The translations under genes and the position numbers were made by a program. From Candidatus Aldehydirespirator sp. (GTDB lineage: Bacteria; Actinomycetota; Acidimicrobiia; Acidimicrobiales; Aldehydirespiratoraceae): 64,000 nt of DNA. Within the stretch, counting starts at the first letter, position 1. Each line of letters begins with the position of its first letter. The stretch spans positions 1,674,882 through 1,738,881 of the forward strand of contig OZ244832.1 of the NCBI GenBank assembly GCA_965220485.1, read 5' to 3'. Below, piece by piece: positions 18,979 to 29,200 of this stretch. The notes below the pieces were generated by a model. The model worked only from the letters and a program-made list of their open reading frames with translations. It was not told the DNA's origin and did no database searches.

Positions 18979-21783
18979 CTAGCCGCCGGCTAGCAGGTCC
19001 TTGAGGGCTTCGCCGTAGGCGGCCAGCTTGGCCGGACCGATTCCGGGCACGGCCAACAGGGTCGCGTCGGTGGTGGGGCGGCTGCGGGCCAACTCGCGCA
19101 GGACGGCGTCGGAGAAGACCCGGAACGGCCGCACCTCCTCGGCCTGACTCTGCTCCCAGCGCCATCGGCGCAGGCGCTGGAACATCGCCGCCACCTCGGG
19201 CTCGGCGGTCTCATCGATGGGCGGGCTCTGGGCTCTGGGCGGGGATGAGGCAGGTTTGGCGGGTGCTGGGCGCTGAGGCCGGACAGACCCGTCGGCGGGG
19301 ATACCCGTCGGTTGGAGCTTGGAGCGCCAAGACATCTCGTCGACGAAGGGCGACCTCGGGCCGTCGGCGACGATCAGCACCGACTCCGAGCAGCGGGTGA
19401 GGGCCACGTGGAACACGCGGCGCTCCTCCTCGATGTCGCCGGCCAGGCGGTGCGGCATCAAGCCCTCGATGGCCGACAGGACGATCACATGGGGCCACTC
19501 CAGACCCTTGACACGGTGCACGGTGGCCAAGCGCACGCCCCGGCCCCAGGAGGGGCGACCCCCGCGGGGATCGCCCTCGCCGCCGTCGCGACGGCCCGCA
19601 GTGAGGCGGCCCCGCAGCCAGTCCTCGAACGCTGACGGGTCAGCGCAGTGCGGCGCCACCGACAGCAGGGCCCGCAGGTCGTCGCCGTGGGCGGAGCGGT
19701 CCACCGAGCGGCGGGAGGCGTCGAGGCGCTCATCGAGGCTGGCCCCCAGCCGGGTGCCGTGCTGGATCCCCTCCAGCAGTCGCAAGGTGTCAGCGCCGTC
19801 GCGGGCCATGTCGCCGAGACGCTCGACCTCGTCGGCGAAGTCGGACACCCGCTCGGAGGTCCGCTCGTCGGAGATGCGCCCGGCCAGGCGCCTGAGCGCG
19901 CCCACGTTGTGCTGCTCCGCGATCCATTCGACCACCCGGGGGGAGATGCCCCGAGGTGGGCGCCGGGCCGCGGCGGCCAGGGCCTCGGCGGGCAGCCGGG
20001 CCGAGCCGGCCGTGGCCAGCCTCAGCCACGCCAGCGCGGCGGCAACCCCGGTGCGCTCCAGGAACCACGGCCCGACCGGGGCCATGCAGTCGATGCCCGC
20101 CTCCGACAGCAATACCTGGGGCGCCAGCAGCGTGCTGTTCACCCTGGTCAGAACGGCGATGTCATGGGCATCAGCACCCCCGCCCATCAGGGTCCTGACC
20201 CGTTCCACGACTGCCGAGCCACCGTCGGCGACCACCTCCACCTCAACTGTCCGCTCCCCCGAGTCGGAAGCGGGGGCGCTACCCGGCTCGATGTCCTTGG
20301 CGATGCGGTGGACGTTGTGAGTGAGCAGGTTGGAAGCGGCCTCCACCACCTCGGGCGGGCAGCGGTAGTTCACCCGCAACAGATGCCGGGCCGCGCCCGG
20401 GAACCAGCGCTCGTACTCGATCAGCCAGCGGGGCGAGGCCCCCGAATAGCCGTAGATGGTCTGGTCGTCGTCGCCCACGCCGAAGACATCGGCCCTCGGA
20501 CCGGCCAGCAGACGGATCATCAGCAGATGGGCCGGCGTCAGGTCCTGGAACTCGTCAACCAGCAGCGCTCCACATGTTCTGCGGGCTGCGGCCCGGGCGG
20601 CTGGGTCGGTCAGCAGCACGTCGATGGCCCGCACGATCTGATGGTCGAAATCGACGGCGCCTCGCTGGTCGAGGGCGTCGGCATAGGCCGGAGCCAACTC
20701 GGCGAAGCTCGGGACGTCGGGGGCGTAGTCCCGCTCGACTGCGGCAGGATCCTGCAAGCCCAGCCGCGACGCGCTGAGCGCCTCGAGCCACGCCGCCAGC
20801 GGGTCGGTCATGGCCCGGCGCCGGCGGCGCGGCGCCCGCTCCCCTACCAGTGCGTGCACCAAGTCCCGCACTTCCCGCTCGTCGATCACGTCCACGCGAC
20901 CATGGCGTGCGGGGCGTGCGAAGGGACCGGTGCCGTTGCACACCGCCAGCGCCAGGCTGTTGAGGGTGCGCACTTCCAAGCCCTCGAGATCGGCGGTGCG
21001 CTCCTGCATCTCGGCGCGGGCCCGCACGTTGTAGGCCACCAGGCACACCGCTGACGGCGACACGCCCAGGTCGCGGACCAGCCACCGGGCCCGCTCGGTG
21101 AGCACCCGGGTCTTGCCCGATCCGGCCGGGGCCACGATGCAGGCCCCTCCGCCGAGATGGCCCACCGCCCGCCGCTGGTCGGGCGCCAGATCGGCGACGG
21201 GCTCGCAGGGCCGCAGGACGGCGAGGCTGCCCACCGCCAGGTTGGCGGCCGGGATCAGCGCCGCGTTGTGAAGATCGACAGCATCGAGACAGTCCAGGGG
21301 ACCGCCGTCGCACCACGCGGGACCGCCGGAGGGCGACACGACGTCTCCGGGTTCCCCATCGCTCGCGGCCCGGGCACCCAGCGCCAAGGCCCGCTCACGG
21401 GGGGCGAAGCCAGGCCGGTCGGGATCTCGCGCGTCCACCGAGTTGGCGGTCAGCAGGTGATTCCAGACCTCGTCGCCGAGGGTGACACCGGGGTGGACCT
21501 TCCACCACGGCACCTCGAGGATCGGCTCACCATGGGGCACCGGTCCGTGCACCTCGATGACGATCCGCTCCCGATTGCTCCAAGCGGCCCGCAGGCGGCG
21601 ACCGGCTCCGGCTTCGAACTCATTCGTGCGCACCGTCAGCCGCGGCGCCTGCGCCCACGGCGCGGGCGGCGGCTCTCCCGGCAGCACGAGCACGCTGCGG
21701 CCCAGGCAGTCGGGCCCCGCCAGCCGCCCCACATCGGGCTGCTCTGGAGCCAGCGATGCGGCTTCCAGCCCGCGGGACATCAT
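18979..21783 (-). CDS. UvrD/PcrA-family SF1 DNA helicase with C-terminal HRDC domain (UvrD2-like)
   Basis: Walker A APAGSGKTRV, motif II LLVDEFQD. The C-terminal LRRWRWEQSQAEEVRPFRVFSDAVLRELA...VPGIGPAKLAAYGEAL matches the HRDC pattern. Confidence 0.85.
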   Translation of the reverse strand: MMSRGLEAASLAPEQPDVGRLAGPDCLGRSVLVLPGEPPPAPWAQAPRLTVRTNEFEAGAGRRLRAAWSNRERIVIEVHGPVPHGEPILEVPWWKVHPGVTLGDEVWNHLLTANSVDARDPDRPGFAPRERALALGARAASDGEPGDVVSPSGGPAWCDGGPLDCLDAVDLHNAALIPAANLAVGSLAVLRPCEPVADLAPDQRRAVGHLGGGACIVAPAGSGKTRVLTERARWLVRDLGVSPSAVCLVAYNVRARAEMQERTADLEGLEVRTLNSLALAVCNGTGPFARPARHGRVDVIDEREVRDLVHALVGERAPRRRRRAMTDPLAAWLEALSASRLGLQDPAAVERDYAPDVPSFAELAPAYADALDQRGAVDFDHQIVRAIDVLLTDPAARAAARRTCGALLVDEFQDLTPAHLLMIRLLAGPRADVFGVGDDDQTIYGYSGASPRWLIEYERWFPGAARHLLRVNYRCPPEVVEAASNLLTHNVHRIAKDIEPGSAPASDSGERTVEVEVVADGGSAVVERVRTLMGGGADAHDIAVLTRVNSTLLAPQVLLSEAGIDCMAPVGPWFLERTGVAAALAWLRLATAGSARLPAEALAAAARRPPRGISPRVVEWIAEQHNVGALRRLAGRISDERTSERVSDFADEVERLGDMARDGADTLRLLEGIQHGTRLGASLDERLDASRRSVDRSAHGDDLRALLSVAPHCADPSAFEDWLRGRLTAGRRDGGEGDPRGGRPSWGRGVRLATVHRVKGLEWPHVIVLSAIEGLMPHRLAGDIEEERRVFHVALTRCSESVLIVADGPRSPFVDEMSWRSKLQPTGIPADGSVRPQRPAPAKPASSPPRAQSPPIDETAEPEVAAMFQRLRRWRWEQSQAEEVRPFRVFSDAVLRELARSRPTTDATLLAVPGIGPAKLAAYGEALKDLLAGG

Positions 21784-22556
21784 CAGGCCGGCTGCGACGA
21801 GCCGAGGCTCTTCATCGCCTCGATCACCCGGTCGGGTCGGTGGCAGCGGCCGTAGTCGAAGCCGGCCCGGATGCAGATCTCCAGAAGTTCGTCATGCTGA
21901 TCGGTCTGCTTCCAGGGCAGGGGCAAGTAGACCGGCAACCCGAAGGCTCGCAGGGCGTCGAGGTTCTCATAGACGCGCTTCTGGTACCGGTAGCGGTCGG
22001 CCCACTCCCAGTCGGGCGGGCCGAATCCGGTTCCGGGGTCGAGGATCAGCCGGCTGCGCTCGACGCCCGCCTCCTCCCAGCGGCGCAGCGATCGCCGGAA
22101 CCAGCCGCAGATCACCTCGACCGGATCACCTACAACCGGAACCGAGGCCTTAGGGTCGGCGCCCCACACGAACGGCGCCACCACCGGCACGTCCCGCTCG
22201 GCCGCGAGCCGCACCATGGCCGGGTTCTGGAGCCCGTCGGCGGCGTTGATCATGGTGGCGCCGCAGTCGAGAGCCCGGCGCATGATCTCGGGCTGCCAGG
22301 AGTCCACCGAGAGCTGGGCCCCGCGTGACTCGCACAGCGCAGCGAGCGCTTGGACCTTGCCATCGAGGCGCTGCCACTCGACGTCGACACCGACCCGGCG
22401 GGCGACCTGAGTGGAGCCCGCCCCCCCGAGGTCTATGCCGACGCAGCCCCCGTCGAGCAGTTCGGTGGCCCGGGTTTCGGCTCCTTTGACCGTCGTCGCC
22501 ACCGAGAAGTCGGCCAGCGAGTCCGGCGAGGCGTTCACGACGCCGTGCAGCCTCAT
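21783..22556 (-). CDS. Dihydropteroate-synthase-like pterin-binding domain protein
   Basis: MRLHGVVNASPDSLADFS parallels the DHPS N-terminal motif GI(L/V)N.TPDSF.D. TIM-barrel-like length. The stop overlaps the helicase start (ATGA). The ORF-track start at 22706 is probably too early. Confidence 0.6.
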   Translation of the reverse strand: MRLHGVVNASPDSLADFSVATTVKGAETRATELLDGGCVGIDLGGAGSTQVARRVGVDVEWQRLDGKVQALAALCESRGAQLSVDSWQPEIMRRALDCGATMINAADGLQNPAMVRLAAERDVPVVAPFVWGADPKASVPVVGDPVEVICGWFRRSLRRWEEAGVERSRLILDPGTGFGPPDWEWADRYRYQKRVYENLDALRAFGLPVYLPLPWKQTDQHDELLEICIRAGFDYGRCHRPDRVIEAMKSLGSSQPA

Positions 22557-22674
22557 CGCTTGTGCGTGGGCACGACGCCTGCCTGGCTGAAGTCCGCCAC
22601 GCCCGGCAGTGTCGCAGGACATCGGCGCCATACCACCCCCGAGAACCTCCCGAGGCGGCGCTAGAGTCGCCACA

Positions 22675-22731
22675 GTGAGCGATCTGCCCCCGGCCGACTG
22701 GTACACCGACCCTGAGGACGTGCGCGGATAG
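22675..22731 (+). pseudogene. Remnant of a DUF2510-type gene 5' end (18 codons then stop)
   Basis: GTG AGC GAT CTG CCC CCG GCC GAC TGG TAC ACC GAC CCT GAG GAC... encodes VSDLPPADWYTDPEDVRG*. It closely parallels the first codons of the gene at 17934 at both DNA and protein level. Confidence 0.5.
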
Positions 22732-22837
22732 GCGCTCTACGGCGTCTCGAATCGCTGGAAACGCAAGCGTCGTTGGTGCTGGCTGTCACCTGTCCGCGTG
22801 GCCCCCCGACCTCGGCGGCGAGTCGGACTGACTGCGC

Positions 22838-23128
22838 CTAGCCGCTGGCGGCGTCGACGCGCTCGATGAAGTCGCGGTCGCGAGCCGAGAGGCCGCCCAC
22901 ATCGTGGCTGGTGATGGCCAGTTCAACCTTGTTGTAGACGTTGGACCACTCGGGGTGATGGAAGAGCCGCTCGGCGATGAGCGCCACATGGGCCATGAAT
23001 GCGAACGCGGCCCGGAAGTCGGCGAACACATACGAGCGGCGCAGCACGCCACTGTCGCGGCGCCACTCGGGATGCGCGGCCAGCAAGTCGGCGATCTCGG
23101 CCTCGGTCAGCAGGTCGTCTTTGCTCAT
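22838..23128 (-). CDS. Pterin-4a-carbinolamine dehydratase
   Basis: [42 protein letters not shown] is the PCD/DCoH signature. Start taken at MSKDDLL (23128). The longer track ORF runs into a repeat. Confidence 0.85.
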   Translation of the reverse strand: MSKDDLLTEAEIADLLAAHPEWRRDSGVLRRSYVFADFRAAFAFMAHVALIAERLFHHPEWSNVYNKVELAITSHDVGGLSARDRDFIERVDAASG

Positions 23129-23153
23129 GGGCCTCGATGCTACGTGACCGTTG

Positions 23154-23252
23154 GAGGCCGAGCGAGTAGGCCGCGGTTGACGAGGATTCTTGAATGGCAC
23201 TGAGCGAGGCCGTGGCCCGAGCGGCCCGTGAGCGCAGCGAACAAGAGCGGGA
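23154..23252 (+). repeat. Intergenic repeat family copy F
   Basis: GAGGCCGAGCGAGTAGG...GAGGCCGTGGCCCGAGCGGCCCGTGAGCGCAGCGAACAAGAGCGGGA, lying between two minus-strand genes. Confidence 0.9.
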
Positions 23253-23299
23253 GATGCCACGCTGCGCCGCGAGGCGGTCACACCTACCCGCGCTGTCTC

Positions 23300-26200
23300 T
23301 TAGGACAAGGCGAGGGCGCGGACGAGGAAGCTGGCCATCTGGGCCCGGGTCGTCGATCGGAGGGTGCAGTACAGGAGCGGATCGGTCGAGCAGCCCACGG
23401 TGACGCGGGCGGCGTAGAGGGTGTCGATGTTGGGGGCATGGACGCTGTTGGCGGTGTCGTCGAAGCCCGCCGCAGGCGCCGGAGCCAGGTCGAACGCCCT
23501 CACCAGGAAGCTCGCCATCTGACCCCGGGTGACCGGTTCGTTGGGGCAGTACCGCAGCGGCTCGGTCGCGCACCCCACGGTGATGCCCAGTTGCGCCAGT
23601 CGCTCCACATGGCCGGCCCACCACAGGCCGACCCGCACATCCTCGAAGCGCGACCGAGGGGGCCGGCCGGGGTCATCGCCGTCAATCACCCGCACCAGCC
23701 ACACCGCCATCTCCCAGCGCCTGATCGGCTCGTGCGGGCACAGCCGACCCCTCCGGCAGCCGGTGCGAGCCACTACCCCGTCGGTGGCCAACTCCAGCAC
23801 AGCTGAGGAATGAACCCCTGCTTCGCCGAGGTCAGCGAACTCTTCGGCCGGGTTCCGCTCCACGGGCGCTCCCCCGCCACCACCGCCGCCTCCGCCGCCG
23901 CCACCGCCTCCTCCTCCGCCACCACCGCCGCCTCCTCCTCCGCCACCGCCGCCGCCGCCGGTTGTGGTGGTCGTGGTGGTCGTGGTGGTGGGTGATTCGG
24001 ACACTGTGCCGACCGTCGCCGCCGCCGCGCTGTCCTGGTCCTGCGGCCCATGGTCGTGGTAGCTGGCGCGGGCCCGCAGATGGTGATTCAAGTCGGCGTC
24101 TGCGGGCTGGTATGTCCTCGAATCGGCGCCATCGATGCGGATCCATCCGCTGAACCCGCTGGTCGAGCGGTACCATTCCCATGCGACGTTTGCCACGCCG
24201 CCGTCGGGATCGGCCAGCGTCGCGGTCAGCGGCTGGCTCACTTGGGGGAAATCCGAGGAGAACGTCACCGCGCCGATCTCCTCGACATTGGTGACGCTGA
24301 TGGTGACGCCGATCGGGACACTCAGGTTCGACGGATCGCGGGCTGTGACCGTCACTGAGTAGCTCGATCGCGATTCGTGGTCAAGCTCGTCCTTGGTCTT
24401 TAGCTGGCCCAACCTGGGATCGATCTCGAAGGAGGCTGCATGCGAGCCGCTGAGCGAGTACGCAAGCCTGTCGTCTTGCGCGTCGTCGGCTCGCACCGGC
24501 GCCCCGACGAGACGCCCCGTGGTGGTGTGCCCGGCCGTGTTCTCGTCCACGCTGCGCATGCCGTTCTCGGTGGCCGGGAACTCCGGGGCGGTGTTGGTCA
24601 CCGGCTTGGCCTGAACTGTGCTCTCGGAGACGCCCCTGACGGTCTTCCCCGTCCCGTGCTTGTCCCCGTAGGAGGCGGTGGCCCTCAAGTAGCGGCCCAC
24701 GTCGGTGCCCGCCGGCGTGTAGGACCGCGAGGTCGCGTTGGCAATCGGGTCCCAGGGGCCGGACTGGCTGATGGAGCTTTCCCAACTCCAAGTGAGGCCG
24801 GTCTGGCCGCGGTCGGGATCTACCAGTGTCGCCTTCAGGGCAGTGTCCACCTGAGGCTGCAACGAGTCCAGGGTCACCATACCGGGCTCCTCGAGGTCGA
24901 CGACGGTGACGATGACGCTGAGCGACTTCCGGTTGACCCCATCGAACGCGGAGACGGCCACATGGTAGAGGTTGTCCCGGTTGGAGTCGTCCGGGTTCTC
25001 ATGGTCGGGCACCGCGGCGAAGGAGAGCACTCCGTTGTCGAGGGTGAAGTCGTCCCGGTCGGTGCCCGACAGGTCCCAGTCGATGGGCCCGTTCTCCGGG
25101 TCGTCGACCACCGTGAACGACTCCACCGACCGGCTGCGGTGCTCGCCGTAGTCGAACGCGGTGTCCCCCTCCAGCTTGAACGGCTCGTTCTCGTCGGTCA
25201 CGGTGACCGCGACAGCCACGCTCTGCGACTGCGCGCGGTCCGAGACGGTCACCACGACGTCGTATTGGTTGTCTCCGCCCTGGTCGGTCGGCATCTCATG
25301 GTCGGGAGGGGAGACAAATGCGAGCTTGCCGTCGTTGAAGTAGAAGTCGTCCGCGTCGGTCCCTGAGAAGTTCCAGATGAAGGTGCCGCCCTCGGGATCT
25401 TCGGCAGTGAACTCGATCACCTCGTTGACGCCGTTCTCCAAGTAGCTGATGTCGGTGTCGCCGATCAGCTCCGGCGGCTCGTTCACATCGGTCACCGCCA
25501 CATACACAGAGACGGTGGCATCGACACTGGGGTCTACGTCACCGGCGGGATCCTTGTTGTCGCTCACCGTCACCTGCACGCCGTGGATGTCCTCGGCCTC
25601 GTGGTCCAGGGGCTCCTTGATTCGAAGCTGGCCGGTGGACGAATCGAGGTCGAACAGCGCGGCGTCGCGCCCGCCCAGCCTGTAGGTGAGTGTGTCGCTC
25701 TCAGCATCGCGTGCGTTCACCGGAGAGCCGATGGCTTGGCCCGAGGCCGCGGTCTCGTCGACGGTCCGGGAAGCCGTGGCACCCTCTACGAAGAAGGGCT
25801 CGCTGTTGATGGCGCTCGGCGTGCCCCGGGCGGTGACCGACCAGTCCCCGCCGCCGCTGTCGTTGACCGCCCGAACCTGCACATCGCGCCGGAGCCCGTC
25901 GCTGAGCCCGGCGATGGTGTACCGCCGGGTCGCAGCCGGACCGGCCCCCTCGATCAAGGTCCAGGCGGAATCGTTGGCCTTGTTGGAAGCGCCGCTGGGG
26001 ATGTGCCGCACGTCGTATCCGGTGATGTCCGACGTGCCGGTGTAGCCGGGAGCCGTCCAAGACACGGTCAGGAAGTCGGTCCCGGGCTGGATAGATCGCA
26101 AGGCCGGTGCCCCGGGCGTGACCTTGTGCCCGTAGACGGTGATGCTCCACGACTCCAGCCGGTTGGGCGGCCCGCCCGACAGGCGGTCGGCCATCCGCAG

Positions 26201-29200
26201 TGTCCACGTTCCCGACGGATCCTCGCCCAGATGCCGGGCCGACCCGAACCGGAAACTGCCGACTAGGCGGCAGTCCACCACGATTCCGGATTTGAGCTTG
26301 TACGGGCAGTTGGCGGACTCGGGGACCGACAGCACCGACACCGCTCCCGACGGCGACACCAACTCAACCCGCAGATCCCTGAAGTCGGGGGCGGTGAAGT
26401 CGGCGTTGACCGCCACGAACTCGGTGAAGTCGATGTCGGAGTCGACTGAGATCGTGCTGGAGACCCCGCTGCCGCTGGTGGGAACCGTCACCCGCCGGGT
26501 GGACTCGACCGGCCCCGTCATCCGCATGGGGAGCAGCTCGGACCAGCTGCCAGCAAGGTCGACGGCCGCCTTGGCGTCCACCACACCGAAGCCGTACTCG
26601 TGGTTGAACTCGTAGCGATCGGTAGTGGAGCCGTACTTGAGCGCGCCCGTCTGCCAGCCGGTGTTGTCGAGGTCGTTCTTGCGGGCCGACGCGGCCAAGA
26701 TCAGCTTCACGTCGCGCCAGCTCAAGCTGTTATCGACGCTGCGCACCAGCGCGGCCACGCCCGAGACCTGGGGGGTCGCCGCACTGGTGCCTCCGAAGCT
26801 GCCCCTGTACCGGTCGAAGTTGGCGGTGGTCGTGATAGCGGCCCGGCCCCGGTCGTTCGACGGGGCGCACACCCACAGGTTGGCCCCCATCTCGGAGTAC
26901 TGCGTGCGCTTGCCGTGGTCGTTCACCGCGCACACCGCGGTCACGCCGTAGTAGTTGGCGTACTCGTCCAGAGTCCCGTAGTCGCCGTCCTCGGCGCCGT
27001 TGCCGGCCGCCCACACATAGACGATGCCCTTGCCCCCGTACCCGTCGGTGACACCGGAGTCCACAGCCAGCTCCCAGACCCCGGGGGCCGGGGCGGGGCT
27101 GGGGTAGTCGTCGGGGCCCCAGCTGTTGTTGGATACCGCGGTGACGGCCATGTTGCGGGTCATGGCGTCGGCCTCGTTGACGACGGTGTTGTTCAGCAAG
27201 ACGTTGTAGCCGTAGATGGTGGCGCGGGGGGCCACTCCCCGCACCCCGATGCTGTTGTCGCGGGCCGCGATGACCCCCGCCACCGCGGTGCCGTGTGACT
27301 CGTCCCGATCGTAGATGTCGTTCCCGCCGGTATAATCGTGATTTCGACACCGCTCCCCCCCCGGACACTGGACGGCGTTGCCGGCGAGGTCCGGGTGGTC
27401 GTACTGCATCCCGTCGTCGACCACGGCCACGTTGATGCCCGATCCCCGCGTGGTCGTCCAAGCGCCCTCGACGTTGATGTCCTCGTCGGGGGTGCCCTTG
27501 CGCTGGCCCGAGTTGATGAGATGCCACTGGCAGCCGGAGAGGGGATCGCTGAGGGTGGTCGAGAGCCCCTCGCAGTGGTCGACGAAGCTGGCATAGATGG
27601 CGTCCTCGAACATGAGCAACGCGTAAGGCCCGGTGTCGGGCCCGGTTCCCAGGTTCGAGGAGCCGGTCACCTTCACGTAGTGGGTTCCTGCGTCCAGCTC
27701 CTCGATCATGGTGAAGCCGACCGGTCCGGCGAAGGACGAGAACAACTGGGCGCCGCTGACCGCATTACCCGAGTCGTCCTGCAGCTCTCCGTGGACTCGC
27801 ACCTCGTCTCCCCTGGCGTACAACTTCACATGGGTGTCCTCTTCGAGGTCGATGCGGAAGTAGTCGGTGTCGCTGCTCGGGTAGATATTGCCCACGGCCA
27901 TCCGCCCAAAGTCCAGTTCCAGGGCAGTGCCGCGGGTGCTCCCAGGCTCAATCGCCTCCAGGACGTACAGGGAGTACAGACCCAGCGCGAATCCATTCCG
28001 AGTGACCTTGAGGTAGTACTTTCCTGCCTCGAGGGTGACCAAGCCATCGAATCGACGCGCACCACCGGGGAGGTCGAATGAGGTCGTCTTGATGGCTTGG
28101 GCGCTGGAGTCCTGGAGCTCGAAGGCGATGCGGCTGGAGCCGCTCAGGATTACATCGGTCTGCTCAGCCAGGGTGAACGTGAACCAGTCGACGTCATTGA
28201 GCGGATCGAGGATGCCGTTGCGGACGGTGCCCACCGTTATGGTCTGGGCGTTGCTGCGGGCCGTGGTGTCGGCGATGCCCCTGGCGAGCAGCAGGTACGG
28301 GCCGGTGGCCTCATTGTAGCTGGTGACCTTGATGTAGTAGGTGCCGGCCGGCAGGGAGTCCCAGATCAGGAAGTTGCGGATGCCGTGGGCCAGGTAGCCG
28401 TCGTCGTTCTCGTTGATGGCGGTGCCATCGCTCTTGAAAAGCTCTCCGACGGTGTCCAGGTCGCCCCGGGTGAAGATGATGATGCCGGTGGCGGAGTCCA
28501 GTTCGAGCTTGAAGTAGTCCGCGTCGGTCCCGGGCTCTATCGAGCCGCCCATGTAGGTGTTGAGCGGCAAGACGGTGGCATCGGCCCGTGTCCCGCCGTG
28601 CTCGGCCGGGGTGCCGGTGGCGGCGGCTGACCAGGCGGCGGCGCTCGTCGTAACCGCCCGGACCTGGACGTCATAGCCGGTGTCGTTGGTGAGGCCGTCG
28701 AGGACCTCGACCCGCGTCCCGGAGGTCCAGATCCCGGTCTCGACGGTCCAGTTGGCGTCAACCGTCTCGTCCTTGCTGGTCTCGATGTAGCGCAGGTCGT
28801 AGGAGGCGACGGTCACCTTGTCCGCGTGGGGCGGGGGGCTCCAGTAGACGGTGAGCGCGCCGTCCCCGACGAGGACCGAATCGATGGTCGGCACGCCGAT
28901 CAGGGGGGTTCCCGTGGAGGTGGACGACCAGCTTCCTTGGGTCCCGGCGTTCACGGCCCGCATCTGGACGTCGTAGGAGACCTCGCCGTCGAGGCCATTG
29001 AGGGTGTACTCCAAGGTGCCCGACGTCCAGACCGCGGTCTTGTCGGTCCAGTTGGCGTCGATGGTCTCGTCCTCGCTGGTCTCGATGTAGCGCATGTCGT
29101 AGGAGGTGACGGTCGACCCGCTCGGTGCGGTCCAGACGATGGTTAGCGACCCGTCTCCGGCGGTGATCGAGGTGATCGCGGGGGCGCCCGGAGTCTGTGC

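Noticed and set aside
23870-23990. The poly-Gly/poly-Thr coding run as a sequencing or assembly artefact or a non-coding spacer.
   Set aside because: It keeps the 2011-codon frame open, links two well-defined domain blocks, and has a shorter analogue before the same SLH cassette in the second giant gene. The exact repeat length remains unverified.
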